A stretch of 64,000 nt of DNA from an uncultured Anaerolineales bacterium. Lineage in GTDB: Bacteria > Chloroflexota > Anaerolineae > Anaerolineales > UBA11858. Location of the stretch: NCBI GenBank assembly GCA_964419495.1, contig CAYQQX010000007.1, positions 919 through 64,918 of the forward strand, in the 5' to 3' direction. Below the pieces are notes generated by a model. It saw only the letters and a program-made list of their open reading frames with translations. It ran no database searches and had not been told where the DNA came from. The translations under genes were made by a program, and so were the position numbers. This document shows, in pieces, positions 37,724 through 48,250 of the stretch (the stretch's first letter is position 1; every line of letters starts with the position of its first letter).

Positions 37724-39268
37724 ATGGTAAGAGCGATCTATACGGGTTTTGGTGAAACTTTTTGGTTGCATATGGCGCAGCGATTTTCTGAAAATCATGA
37801 CTGGCAGCCAGTCTATTGGGTTGCCGATCCCCAGGTGCAAACAAATGTAGAACGAGATTATCCAGGAACAATTTTCCACTCGGTCTTTGATGCTATCAAG
37901 GGGATTCCCGCATCCGAGTACGTAAATCGTAAGCTAAAACCACTGGACGAAGAGATCCTAAAGGATAATTCCACTAGTCAATTGATATTGCTAAGGATGA
38001 TGGACCGCATCAGCGCATTGGGGTCTTTTGATTATAACGAACGCGTAAGGCTGCTTTATAAACAATTGAAATATTGGCGGGTAGTTTTAGACGATCTTCA
38101 ACCTGAAGTTGTTTTCTTTTCTGTCATCCCACACATGATCTATGATTTTGTGATCTACAAATACTGTAAACAACGTGGGATAAAGACGCTCATGTTCGAG
38201 AGTATTCCTGTCCGGGGCATGACCATTGCCATGGATGATTATTTGGCTCCGACTAGAACTGCAAGATTGTATGAGCAACTATTAAAAGATTATAGTTTAG
38301 AAGATGTCCAGTTATCAGATGGAATGGAAGAATTCTTGCATGCCTTGCAAGGTTCTTACCGCGATGCGCCCGATTATGTTCGCAGGGTCTATAAGGAAAA
38401 ACCCTATGAAGGTGTGCGTTCGTCCTCAGAAAGCATCATTCAAAAGTTACTTGATGTACAGCGCTATAAGGATTATTACGAAAAACAAAAGAAGATTTGG
38501 CTTTCTCGATTCCGCCCTCCCAAGAATTACTTAAAGCAAAAACATAAGAAGCTCGAAGATTCCAAGATGAATTGGATTGAGTATCGAATGTTTAGATTGG
38601 GATCTCATCTTAAGATGCGCAATCTGATTCGGTATTATCACCGATTGGCTGGGGAAGTGGATTTTGAGAAGCCTTACATCTATGTAGCTTTGAGTTTTCA
38701 GCCTGAGCGCACGACATCGCCCATGGGCTCTTTCTATGTTGAGCAGTTGTTGATGGTGGATTTGCTTTCCAAAGTTGTCCCTGATGGATGGCAAATTTAT
38801 GTAAAGGATCATCCTTTTGGATTTTCTCCATCGAAATTTCATCGGGCGCAGAGTGGTCGTTCCCGAGATCTTTATGATGATATTTCAAGCATACCTAATG
38901 TAACTCTGGTACCCATGCCGATAAACTCCTATGATTTAATTGATGGTTCCAAGGCAGTAGCTGCTGTAACTGGAACCGTGGGTTGGGAATCATTGCATCG
39001 AGGTAAACCCGTGCTTTTGTTCGGATATCCCTGGTATCGAGGGTGTGAGGGCACATTTAAGATTGATACTTTAGAGAGTTGCATAGACGCAATTAATACA
39101 ATTCGTGATGGTTATGAAGTTGATCATAAAAAACTGCGACTATTTGCTTATGCTCTTGAGCAGACAGCAATCTATGCCTCAGTTGAACCCCATTTGCGGA
39201 TTGAAGCAATTTCTGATGAAGAAGCGGCGACTCGACTTGTGCGAGGCATCGAACCATTGCTGTCTTAG
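37724..39268 (+). CDS. KpsS/capsule-synthesis-like GT-B protein, candidate nonulosonate transferase
   Basis: YVALSFQPERTT, YVKDHP, TGTVGWES..RGKPVLLFG; directly upstream of neuB/C/A. Confidence 0.65.
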   Translation: MVRAIYTGFGETFWLHMAQRFSENHDWQPVYWVADPQVQTNVERDYPGTIFHSVFDAIKGIPASEYVNRKLKPLDEEILKDNSTSQLILLRMMDRISALGSFDYNERVRLLYKQLKYWRVVLDDLQPEVVFFSVIPHMIYDFVIYKYCKQRGIKTLMFESIPVRGMTIAMDDYLAPTRTARLYEQLLKDYSLEDVQLSDGMEEFLHALQGSYRDAPDYVRRVYKEKPYEGVRSSSESIIQKLLDVQRYKDYYEKQKKIWLSRFRPPKNYLKQKHKKLEDSKMNWIEYRMFRLGSHLKMRNLIRYYHRLAGEVDFEKPYIYVALSFQPERTTSPMGSFYVEQLLMVDLLSKVVPDGWQIYVKDHPFGFSPSKFHRAQSGRSRDLYDDISSIPNVTLVPMPINSYDLIDGSKAVAAVTGTVGWESLHRGKPVLLFGYPWYRGCEGTFKIDTLESCIDAINTIRDGYEVDHKKLRLFAYALEQTAIYASVEPHLRIEAISDEEAATRLVRGIEPLLS

Positions 39269-39274
39269 GAATTT

Positions 39275-40300
39275 ATGACAAAAAATATCTCATCCGAGAA
39301 AAAATCAACATTTATCATTGCCGAAGTCGGTTCAGTCCATGATGGTAGTTTCGGTAATGCCAAGAAGTTAATCGAAGCTGCGGCAGGCTGCGGGGTCGAC
39401 GCGGTTAAATTCCAAACGCATATCCCCGAGGCCGAGACCTTGCCTGATGCACCCATGCCCCCGTACTTCAAAGGGGAACCAAGATTCGAATACTTTCAGC
39501 GAACTGGCTTTTCCTTAGAACAATGGCAGAAATTGAAAAGTCATTGTGATCTTAATGATGTAATTTTTCTTTCATCGCCGTTTTCCGAAGAGGCAGTTGA
39601 CTTGTTGGAATTAGTGGGTATGCTCCAATTTAAGATCCCCTCGGGCGAAGTGACCAACTTGCCAATGCTGGAAAAGATTGCTCGACTTGGGACACCAGTT
39701 ATCCTCTCTTCGGGCATGAGCGCTTGGGATGAGTTAGACAGCGCGGTGGAAGTCATCAAAAAACATAATGAAAAACTGACTGTGCTCCAGTGTACCAGTG
39801 AATATCCCTGCCCCTATGAGCAAGTTGGACTCAATGTCATGCTTGAAATGGCAGAGCGCTATCAGGTTCCTATAGGTCTCTCAGATCATACACTGACAAA
39901 TTACGCGGTTTTTGCGGCTGTGACGTTGGGAGCATCAGTGATCGAGAAGCATTTTACTTTTAGCCGCAGGATGTATGGAAGCGACGCGCCTCATTCACTT
40001 GAACCAAGAGAGATGACTGACCTTGTAAATGGTGTGCGTGCCATTGAAGCCATGTTGACTAACCCTGTGGAAAAGGATCATGTTGATCCATACACTGGGA
40101 TGAAACGAATTTTTGAAAAAAGTCTGGTAGCAAAAGTTGATATTCCAGCAGGAACACTACTCACCCGCGAATTGATTGGAATCAAGAAACCGGGCACGGG
40201 GATTTCTGCAGCGCGATTAGGCGAATTTTTGGGAAAAAAAGTGTCTAAGGATATTTGCGCGGGAGCAATTTTTGCAGAAGATGATTTTATTGAAGAATAG
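39275..40300 (+). CDS. neuB: Nonulosonic acid synthase, NeuB family, with SAF domain (copy 1)
   Basis: IIAEVGSVHDG, AVKFQT, FKIPSGE, LSSGMS, QCTSEYP, GLSDHT, IEKHFT, KKPGTG. Confidence 0.9.
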   Translation: MTKNISSEKKSTFIIAEVGSVHDGSFGNAKKLIEAAAGCGVDAVKFQTHIPEAETLPDAPMPPYFKGEPRFEYFQRTGFSLEQWQKLKSHCDLNDVIFLSSPFSEEAVDLLELVGMLQFKIPSGEVTNLPMLEKIARLGTPVILSSGMSAWDELDSAVEVIKKHNEKLTVLQCTSEYPCPYEQVGLNVMLEMAERYQVPIGLSDHTLTNYAVFAAVTLGASVIEKHFTFSRRMYGSDAPHSLEPREMTDLVNGVRAIEAMLTNPVEKDHVDPYTGMKRIFEKSLVAKVDIPAGTLLTRELIGIKKPGTGISAARLGEFLGKKVSKDICAGAIFAEDDFIEE

Positions 40301-40309
40301 ATTGCAAAT

Positions 40310-41464
40310 ATGAGAAAAGTTTGTGTAGTTGTTGGTTCGCGAGCAAATTACAGCAGTATCAAAAGTGTAATGCATGCAGTGCAGGATCACCCTGAATTGC
40401 AGTTGCAGGTTGTTGCCGGTGCTTCCGCTCTATTGGATCGTTTTGGCGCGGTAGTTGAGACGGTTGAAGCAGATGGCTTTACCCCAGATGCCAGAGTTCT
40501 TATGATCATCGAGGGTGAGACACCTACAACGATGGCAAAATCTACAGGATTGGGTTTATTAGAACTGCCGACTGTGTTCGATAACCTCCAGCCCGATGTT
40601 GTTGTAACTGTAGGTGATCGCTTCGAAACTATGGCTACGGCTATAGCCGCAGCATATATGAATATACCTCTAGCCCACACAATGGGTGGTGAAATTTCAG
40701 GGACGATCGATGAGAATATTCGTCACGCTGTCACAAAACTATCTCACATCCATTTTCCTGCCAATCAGGGTGCAGCCGAACGCATCATTCGCATGGGGGA
40801 AGACCCTTCGGTAGTTCATGTGGTGGGTTGTCCACGAATCGATTTGGTCGCTGAGATTGCTGATGAGAACCATCGTTTACCTGAACGTGCCTGGCTGGAG
40901 TATGAAGGTGTTGGCGGTCAAATAAATCTCGAAGACCCCTTTTTATTGGTTTCACAGCATCCAGTGACAACCGAGTATGGTGATGGCGAACACCAAATCA
41001 CTGAAACGTTAATGGCTTTACACGAATTGCAGATGCCGACAATTATGCTATGGCCAAACGTGGATGCAGGGTCTGAAGATATTGCTCGAGGGATGCGAAA
41101 ATTCCGCGAGCATTATGATCACGATTACATCCGTTTCTACAAAAATTTCTCTGTCGAAACATATGTGAGATTGATGAAGCGTTGTGCCTGCAAAATTGGC
41201 AACTCTAGTGCCTCGATACGTGAAGGCCCATTTTTGGGAATGCCTGCAGTGAATATCGGTACTCGCCAAATTGATCGTGAACGAGGAGCCAATGTCTTTG
41301 ATGTAGATTATGATCGCGGTCAAATCGTTAATGCTGTAAGAGAACAAGTTCAGCACGGTTCTTATCCATCCGAATCAATTTATGGGGATGGCCATGCTGG
41401 AAAACGCATTGCAGATATCTTGGCTGTTGCCGATTTCAATATTCACAAACGGATGTCATACTAG
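40310..41464 (+). CDS. neuC: Hydrolysing UDP-N-acetylglucosamine 2-epimerase, NeuC/LegG family
   Basis: VGSRANY, GDRFE, GGEISGTIDENIRHAVTKL, QHPVTTE, WPNVDAG, IGNSS, NIGTRQ. Confidence 0.9.
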   Translation: MRKVCVVVGSRANYSSIKSVMHAVQDHPELQLQVVAGASALLDRFGAVVETVEADGFTPDARVLMIIEGETPTTMAKSTGLGLLELPTVFDNLQPDVVVTVGDRFETMATAIAAAYMNIPLAHTMGGEISGTIDENIRHAVTKLSHIHFPANQGAAERIIRMGEDPSVVHVVGCPRIDLVAEIADENHRLPERAWLEYEGVGGQINLEDPFLLVSQHPVTTEYGDGEHQITETLMALHELQMPTIMLWPNVDAGSEDIARGMRKFREHYDHDYIRFYKNFSVETYVRLMKRCACKIGNSSASIREGPFLGMPAVNIGTRQIDRERGANVFDVDYDRGQIVNAVREQVQHGSYPSESIYGDGHAGKRIADILAVADFNIHKRMSY

Positions 41465-41466
41465 CT

Positions 41467-42174
41467 GTGAATGTACTTGGCCTGATACCCGCGCGCGGGG
41501 GTTCTAAAGCGATAAACAAGAAGAATATCGCACACCTTGCTGGGAAACCTTTGTTGGCATATACCTGTGAGGCTGCTTTGTCTTCTTTGCGGTTATCGCG
41601 CGTAGTTCTCAATACAGATGATCCAGAGATAGCGGATGTCGGGCGAGCGTGGGGGGTGGATACTCCCTTCATGCGACCTGCTGATTTAGCTAAAGATGAT
41701 ACGCCAATTCTTCCAGTGATCCAGCATTCGCTTGCTTGGTTGCAGAAGCAGCAAAAATTCCTCGTTGATATCGTCGTTTTGTTGCAGCCCACTTCGCCAC
41801 TGCGTAGAGCGGATCATATTGATACTGCTGTAGATTTACTTTTAGAGTCTGGTGCAGACACAGTTGTCTCTGTAATGGCTGTGCCCCATAACTTCAACCC
41901 GGTTTCGGTGATGCACCTCGATGAGCAGGGTTATCTGGCACCTTTTGAGGCCGGCCCGATGATCCTCAGGCGTCAGGAAAAGCCCCGAGTTTTTGCCCGC
42001 AACGGTCCGGCTGTATTGGCTGTGCGACGAGAAACCATCGAAAGCGGCAGGCTCTATGGTGATGTTGTGCTCCCCTTGGAGATGGGTCGTATCGAATCGA
42101 TAGATATTGACGATGCTGATGATATGGCAATGGCTGAGTTTTGGCTGAAGCGTATGATGAAAAGTAATTTATGA
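41467..42174 (+). CDS. neuA: CMP-nonulosonate synthetase (acylneuraminate cytidylyltransferase)
   Basis: IPARGGSK, KNI, GKPLL, LLQPTSPLR, RQE, SIDIDDADD; GTG start. Confidence 0.9.
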   Translation: MNVLGLIPARGGSKAINKKNIAHLAGKPLLAYTCEAALSSLRLSRVVLNTDDPEIADVGRAWGVDTPFMRPADLAKDDTPILPVIQHSLAWLQKQQKFLVDIVVLLQPTSPLRRADHIDTAVDLLLESGADTVVSVMAVPHNFNPVSVMHLDEQGYLAPFEAGPMILRRQEKPRVFARNGPAVLAVRRETIESGRLYGDVVLPLEMGRIESIDIDDADDMAMAEFWLKRMMKSNL

Positions 42175-43496
42175 AAAAAGTTGACATCATATATTTTGTT
42201 GAGCATGTTGCTCGCGAGTTAGACATTGCTTGTGCAGTCAAAGCACTCTTGGAAATAAACACAGATGTTTCTTTGAAGATTGCTTCGATAGCTCATGGGC
42301 TGGAAGATGTGCTTGACATATACCAACCCAATGTTGTCGCTTTGCCCTATTGTGTCGCTCTACATGAAGCTGGCCTGGATAATATTGTGAAACGCTGGCC
42401 TAAAGCAAAATATATAAATCTTGCATATGAACAAGTTTTAGGAAAAGCCCAAAAAAATCTAAATTCTCCCAAGGATGATTTTGCACGCGAGTATGTCGTG
42501 CATCACGCCTGGGGTGATTTTTTCGCAAAATACCTGCATACTAACAATGTGCCAAAACAGCATGTTGTAGTCAATGGCAATCCATCCTATTCTTTGTATC
42601 AATATCCGTACAAGAAGTATTATGAAGACCAACGTCTAGAACTAGCAAATAAATTTGGGCTGGATCCCGATAAACGCTGGGTCTTCATTCCCGAAAACTA
42701 CGGGTGGGCATTTTTCCATGACCATATGGTGCGTGCTCGTATCCGAAGGGGATTTGATCCTGAACAGGCATACCAATATCGTGATTTCTCACGCCAGTCG
42801 CTTTATAAATCGACGCAGTGGTGGCTTAGCGCTTCAGATATTGATTCGATTGAATTGATCATCAGGCCGCGCCCTGCAATTCCGACTGAGCGTTTTATGG
42901 AAACGGTTATTGAGATGGCAGATAACACGCTCGAGAAAGTGCACTTTATTAAATATGGCACTGTTCGAGAGTGGATTCTCGCCAGTGATATGGTAATCTC
43001 GAATTTCAGCACAACGCTGCTCGAAGCCGCGGTTGCTCAAAAGCCGATTTATATGCAAGCCCCAATTCCTTTTCCAGAATTCCTCGAAGCCGATTGGTAC
43101 GAGATGGTCGAAAAAATTACATCTTCAGAATCTTTCAATGCAATTGTTACTCAGCAAAGGTTCACAGAGAATTGGAAGGGTTTGGAAAGCTGGGTAATAA
43201 ATTCAATGATAAGTCGTGGTGATGCTATTTCCGGTTTAGTAAATATGCTGGTTTCTGTGCTTGATGGGGAATTATTTACGCCTAGAGCATTAGAAATTGT
43301 TAGTCAAATAAATAGTTTTAGTTTCAAGAATGTCAAAAGATCTCTCAGGAAGCATGGTTGGAATCTATTTCAATCGGGCTTGGATTTTCTGGGAATTCAG
43401 TCAAAAAGCCAAAATTGGACACTTCATGAAGATGACCTTGTGTCAACAGAAGCTATTGACTTGCGTGTAAGGCGATGGAAGGAGTTATTAAGTTGA
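42171..43496 (+). CDS. Surface-carbohydrate biosynthesis protein (GT-B-like), second candidate nonulosonate transferase
   Basis: EHVARELD N-terminus, NGNP, IIRPRP, SNFSTTLLEAA..KP; coupled to neuA. Confidence 0.5.
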   Translation: MKKVDIIYFVEHVARELDIACAVKALLEINTDVSLKIASIAHGLEDVLDIYQPNVVALPYCVALHEAGLDNIVKRWPKAKYINLAYEQVLGKAQKNLNSPKDDFAREYVVHHAWGDFFAKYLHTNNVPKQHVVVNGNPSYSLYQYPYKKYYEDQRLELANKFGLDPDKRWVFIPENYGWAFFHDHMVRARIRRGFDPEQAYQYRDFSRQSLYKSTQWWLSASDIDSIELIIRPRPAIPTERFMETVIEMADNTLEKVHFIKYGTVREWILASDMVISNFSTTLLEAAVAQKPIYMQAPIPFPEFLEADWYEMVEKITSSESFNAIVTQQRFTENWKGLESWVINSMISRGDAISGLVNMLVSVLDGELFTPRALEIVSQINSFSFKNVKRSLRKHGWNLFQSGLDFLGIQSKSQNWTLHEDDLVSTEAIDLRVRRWKELLS

Positions 43497-43503
43497 GGAA
43501 TTT

Positions 43504-44439
43504 ATGCCAACTGTAAGCGTCATAATACCTACCTACAATCGCTCGAACTTTATTCTCGAGACTTTAGAGAGTGTTTTTGCACAAACCTATTCTGATTATG
43601 AGATCATTGTCATAAACGACGGATCAACAGATGATACAGAAGACATATTGAAGCCTCTGATTAGTTCTGGGTCAATTCGATATCTATTTCAGGCTAATCA
43701 AGGAGAATCAGCAGCGCGCAACCATGGCATTCGTTTGGCTCATGGGAGATATATTGCTTTCCTTGATTCTGATGATCTAATACTGCCAAAGAAACTTGAG
43801 AAACAAGTAGAATTCTTAGAAAACAATCCAGAGATAGGGTTCGTACACTCAAGTTTTGTGCGGTTTAATGACAGTGGAGAAGAAATTGGGTTTCGTGATA
43901 CATCGCATTTGACAGGCTGGGTGTACCCTGATTATTTATTGGATTGGTCAGTTCTCATACCACCTTCGACCGTTATGGTGTGTGCTGAAATTTTTAGCGA
44001 GGTGGGTGGTTTTCTTGTGGGTATGCGTTGGGGCCCCGATCTCGATATGTGGCGTCGGATTACGAAACAATACCCAATTGGAGCAATTCCAGAAGCGTTG
44101 ACGAAAATGCGCTCTCATTCAGGAAGTGTTTCTGCGAATAAAGTTGCTGCAGTTGCATCCTTTGAACGGTATCTGCAAAGGGCTTTTGACGACGATCACA
44201 AACTGGATAATCGTTTCCGCCGCCGTGTATTTGCAAAGATGTATAGTAATGCGGGACACAATATTCTGGCCGAAGGGATCACGGAGCAAATGCCATATGT
44301 CCGTGAATTCAGTTTCAAAGCCATCCAGAATTGGCCATTTCAATGGAGTGCATATGTAGGATGGTTAGCATCGTACCTGGGAAGTGAAATTCGTGGATTG
44401 CTGCTCAAACTATGGCGCAAATATAGGTACAATGAGTGA
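43504..44439 (+). CDS. Glycosyltransferase family 2 (GT-A)
   Basis: SVIIPTYNR, INDGSTD, GESAARNHG, AFLDSDD. Confidence 0.9.
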   Translation: MPTVSVIIPTYNRSNFILETLESVFAQTYSDYEIIVINDGSTDDTEDILKPLISSGSIRYLFQANQGESAARNHGIRLAHGRYIAFLDSDDLILPKKLEKQVEFLENNPEIGFVHSSFVRFNDSGEEIGFRDTSHLTGWVYPDYLLDWSVLIPPSTVMVCAEIFSEVGGFLVGMRWGPDLDMWRRITKQYPIGAIPEALTKMRSHSGSVSANKVAAVASFERYLQRAFDDDHKLDNRFRRRVFAKMYSNAGHNILAEGITEQMPYVREFSFKAIQNWPFQWSAYVGWLASYLGSEIRGLLLKLWRKYRYNE

Positions 44440-44442
44440 TTT

Positions 44443-45624
44443 ATGGATTTGTCAATTCTCTTGTTAGGGACACAAATTACAGTCGGGGGAGCACAGAATG
44501 TGCTGTTATCTCAGGCTCAGTGGTTTCGTGAAAAGGGTTATTCAGTTACTGCGGCATTTTTTTACGACAAAGATAATATGTGTGCAGAGTGGGATTCTAA
44601 ATATGCTTTCCCGGTAATTGATTTAGGTGCCTGGCATCCCCATAAATCTAGAGTCACCAACCTTTTGTTATTGGTCGTTGGTTTATTTCGATTAGTGATT
44701 TTGTTGCGCACCAATAAGATTGATGTCATTGAAACATTTACGCCTGATAGCAATATTCTGGGCCTCTTAGCAGCTCGTTTGGCCGGAACGCCTGTGCGGA
44801 TTGCTTCTCACCATGGGTATATAGAAGGGGCAAAATCCTGGTCTGGCAGACTCCATGGATGGATGGTGAATCGAGGCTTCGCCCATCGCTTAGTGGTGGT
44901 ATCTGACCAGGTGCGCCGAATCGCGATTTCAGAAGAGAAGATCAATGCCGAAAAAGTAGTTGTGATTTTGAATGGCATTACGCCGGTGCGCATTCGTGAT
45001 TCTAAAGAGGATGTGCGCAGCCGAGTAAGTAGAAATTTAAATTTAAACGCAGATGATCTACTTGTATTAACCGTCGGGCGATTGACAATCCAAAAAGGGC
45101 ATACATACTTGCTTGATGCAATTCCAAATATCTTGGAACATTGCCCTAAGGCAAAATTCCTCATTGCCGGCGATGGACATCTTCGCTCAGCATTGGAAGA
45201 GAAAGTTGCAAATTTGGGAATCGGTAATTCTACCTACATTCTGGGGACACGAGCTGATATTCCGGATCTTTTATATTCCGCAGATGTATTTATTCTGTCT
45301 TCTTTGTGGGAAGGATTACCCCTTGCTTTATTAGAAGCAATGAGTACAGGACTTCCAATTGTGGCGACTCAAGTGGAGGGGGTGAAATCGATAATTGCTA
45401 ATAATGTAAACGGCTTCATTATCCCATCGAAAGATGCAGGTGCTATCTCTGAAGCGCTTATAAAAATATTGGGTGACTCCAAAGCTCGTAAACGATTTGG
45501 AGATCACAATAAAATGCTGGTGGAGAACGAATATACCATTGATCGCATGTGTGAGCGTTATGAAGAATTATTCCAACAAGAATTTTCTAAAAACACTAAA
45601 CAACGGCGAGTTACCGTTCATTGA
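44443..45624 (+). CDS. Glycosyltransferase family 4
   Basis: VGGAQ, ILNGI, VGRLTIQKGH, SLWEGLPLALLEAMSTG. Confidence 0.9.
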   Translation: MDLSILLLGTQITVGGAQNVLLSQAQWFREKGYSVTAAFFYDKDNMCAEWDSKYAFPVIDLGAWHPHKSRVTNLLLLVVGLFRLVILLRTNKIDVIETFTPDSNILGLLAARLAGTPVRIASHHGYIEGAKSWSGRLHGWMVNRGFAHRLVVVSDQVRRIAISEEKINAEKVVVILNGITPVRIRDSKEDVRSRVSRNLNLNADDLLVLTVGRLTIQKGHTYLLDAIPNILEHCPKAKFLIAGDGHLRSALEEKVANLGIGNSTYILGTRADIPDLLYSADVFILSSLWEGLPLALLEAMSTGLPIVATQVEGVKSIIANNVNGFIIPSKDAGAISEALIKILGDSKARKRFGDHNKMLVENEYTIDRMCERYEELFQQEFSKNTKQRRVTVH

Positions 45625-48242
45625 AGATTAGAGCAATCCAAATCTATTTCCTCGCCGCGGTGTTGGAAGGTATCGCGGCAATTATCATCTTAATTCAAGA
45701 ACCCAGCGAAGTCAGTTTTCTTTTTGGGCTCTCGAAAACGCGCCTGCTCCTTGCTGTAGGGAACCTCATTTGGGTTGCGGCAAATGCATTAGTGTTTGGG
45801 AGATTGTGGATTGACGACAAGCGGCAGTCGATAATTGTGGGTCGAATTAATGGGATTATTCAGAATAACATCCTCTATGGAATTCTGATTGTAGTGGCTC
45901 TGTTGGGGTTCATTTTCAGCAGCCAACTTTGGCATCTTGCTGGAACGGCAATTGATCCCTTTGTCCGAGGATATTTGGGACGATTGATTCCGGTGTTGGT
46001 ATTGATCTGTTGTTTTAGTTTGCAGAATATTGTGCTCATTCCATTAATCCGTTTTGGGTGGATTGATCTGGGGAAGATGGTTTCTGGAAAATTGCTGCGG
46101 TTGATTGGACTCCTTTTAGGGTTGCTTCTGTTATTTTGGGCTTTGATTGCTCTCACGCGATTTGGTCTGATGCCCGACCAAATTGGCTGGGATCCCCCTG
46201 GTGTACCTGTTATAGCAGTGCAAGTATGGTTGGCTTGTTTGATAGGCATTCTTTTATTGGTGTTGGAATACTTTTTCGATAAGAGTAAAAATCCTCAGTA
46301 TTTAATCCTAGATATTGTTCTTAGTATCATGATTTGGGGCTCGGCAACATATCTCTGGATACAACAACCCATAAACCCAGATTATTTTGCCTTGTCTCCC
46401 CAGGCACCCAATTTCGAGCTTTATCCCTATTCGGATGCTGCTACGCATGATGTTTTGGCACAGCGATTATTAATAGGGGAAGGATTTCCCGGTATAGCAC
46501 GAAAACCCATGTATGTGATCTTTCTGGCTTTACTGCACGCGCTGGCAGGCCAGGGCTATGAGGATGTAGCAATTTTTCAGGTGATGGTGATTGCGTTAAT
46601 CCCTGTGGTGATATATTGGCTCACTAAATCTATGCATTTGCGACTTTCTGGGGTCATAGCTGCGGTTTTAATCATGCTAAGAGAAAAAAATGCCATGGCT
46701 TTATCGGGGCAGATCGGTGTTTCTCATGCCAAGTTGCTGATGTCCGATCTCCCGGCCACCCTGGGTGTTGTGTTGCTGACCTGGGTGGTCGTTTCCTGGT
46801 TGAGCAAACCTCAATCTCGGCGGGTATACCCACTAGCGATCGGTGGGATTCTGGGTGTGTTGCTATTGATCCGCCCTCAGATTGTGATCTTTTTGCCAGC
46901 GGTCGTTTTACTACTCGCTATTCTATTTTTTCGCAAAATTGAGATAGGAGTTAAAAGCCTAGCACTTATGGGTATAGGGCTGGCATTGGTTCTTGTCCCC
47001 TGGTTGTGGCGCAGCTATCAGTTGACCGGTGAGTTTGTTCTCAATGATCCCCTTCAAAATGCGTTTTTAACCCAACAATATACACACACTCCGGGGTATG
47101 GCCGGATAAAGCGCCAGCTAGGCGAATCGGACGGGGAATTTGCTCACCGCATTGATGAGTATCTCTCAGATTTCATCGCCAATAACCCTGGTGTGGTTGC
47201 AGGCTTTATCAATTCCCATGTCTCGCACAATATCATAGAGATGATGATCACGCTGCCCATGTCACCCTGGGTTGTGCAAAACGCTGCATCAGATTTATTC
47301 CCTCATTGGGTACAGCAAGCTGATAAATTATGGGATGATTGTTGTTCGTCCGCGGCTTATGTGGATGCAATGCCTTTTTGGGTTCAGTGGACAGGCAAAG
47401 TGACCGGTGAAATGATTTTTTCCATCTTCCTAAACCTGGTAGTGCTGGCTGTTGGATTGGGGATTGCCATCAAAAGGCGCGATATTGTTGGCTTGATTCC
47501 TCTGGGTGTTAGCCTGGCTTATGTGTTGAGCACCTCGGTAGGGAGATATTCTGGCTGGCGATTGATCCTCCCAGCCGACTGGGCCTTATTCCTCTACTTC
47601 GCGATTGGGTTAGCACAAATCTTATTATGGGTGTTGTTCTATTTTACGCGGAAAACCCCATCGATAGTGAGCTTGTCCAAAACAGAAAATACCTGGAATA
47701 AAATCTCGCTGGATCAGCGCAATAGAAATTTCCCGTATCTACAAGGAATCGTTATAGGAATTATTCTTGTGGGGTTGGGTTTTTCTCCCATTCTTTTTGA
47801 GAAATTTGTTCCTCAACGGCATTCTGACCTTTCTATAATTACTGCCCTAGATGAAGTCGAGCGAATTGATGATGAGGGGGATTATCTGTCATCAATAGAG
47901 AATTTATTAACTGATGAGCGTTCCATTGTTTTTGATGGGCGTGCTTTATACCCGCGTTTTTACAAGAGGGGCGATGGTGAACCGGGTGGTGAATGGCCGG
48001 CATTTTCCCCTAGAGAATACCCTCGTTTAGGTTTCGTGGTTGTTGGACCCCAGCAGCACAATGTGGTTTTCCCATTAGGAGAATCTCCAACATATTTTCC
48101 TCATGCATCTGATGTGATCGTGATCGGCTGCCGCGCTGATGACCATGTCAGTGCCAGAGTCGTTGTCATTCTAGATGATGGCGAGTATACTTTGGCGCAT
48201 TTGCCTGAAGGGCAGTTATCTTGCTCGCTGGCCTTACCGTAA
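45621..48242 (+). CDS. Very large polytopic membrane protein, ArnT/PMT-like GT-C core with extra N- and C-terminal domains
   Basis: YPYSDAATHD, RKPMYVIFLA, LLMSDLP, LIRPQ; many TM segments; TTG start coupled to the upstream stop. Confidence 0.6.
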   Translation: MKIRAIQIYFLAAVLEGIAAIIILIQEPSEVSFLFGLSKTRLLLAVGNLIWVAANALVFGRLWIDDKRQSIIVGRINGIIQNNILYGILIVVALLGFIFSSQLWHLAGTAIDPFVRGYLGRLIPVLVLICCFSLQNIVLIPLIRFGWIDLGKMVSGKLLRLIGLLLGLLLLFWALIALTRFGLMPDQIGWDPPGVPVIAVQVWLACLIGILLLVLEYFFDKSKNPQYLILDIVLSIMIWGSATYLWIQQPINPDYFALSPQAPNFELYPYSDAATHDVLAQRLLIGEGFPGIARKPMYVIFLALLHALAGQGYEDVAIFQVMVIALIPVVIYWLTKSMHLRLSGVIAAVLIMLREKNAMALSGQIGVSHAKLLMSDLPATLGVVLLTWVVVSWLSKPQSRRVYPLAIGGILGVLLLIRPQIVIFLPAVVLLLAILFFRKIEIGVKSLALMGIGLALVLVPWLWRSYQLTGEFVLNDPLQNAFLTQQYTHTPGYGRIKRQLGESDGEFAHRIDEYLSDFIANNPGVVAGFINSHVSHNIIEMMITLPMSPWVVQNAASDLFPHWVQQADKLWDDCCSSAAYVDAMPFWVQWTGKVTGEMIFSIFLNLVVLAVGLGIAIKRRDIVGLIPLGVSLAYVLSTSVGRYSGWRLILPADWALFLYFAIGLAQILLWVLFYFTRKTPSIVSLSKTENTWNKISLDQRNRNFPYLQGIVIGIILVGLGFSPILFEKFVPQRHSDLSIITALDEVERIDDEGDYLSSIENLLTDERSIVFDGRALYPRFYKRGDGEPGGEWPAFSPREYPRLGFVVVGPQQHNVVFPLGESPTYFPHASDVIVIGCRADDHVSARVVVILDDGEYTLAHLPEGQLSCSLALP

Positions 48243-48250
48243 TAGAATAA

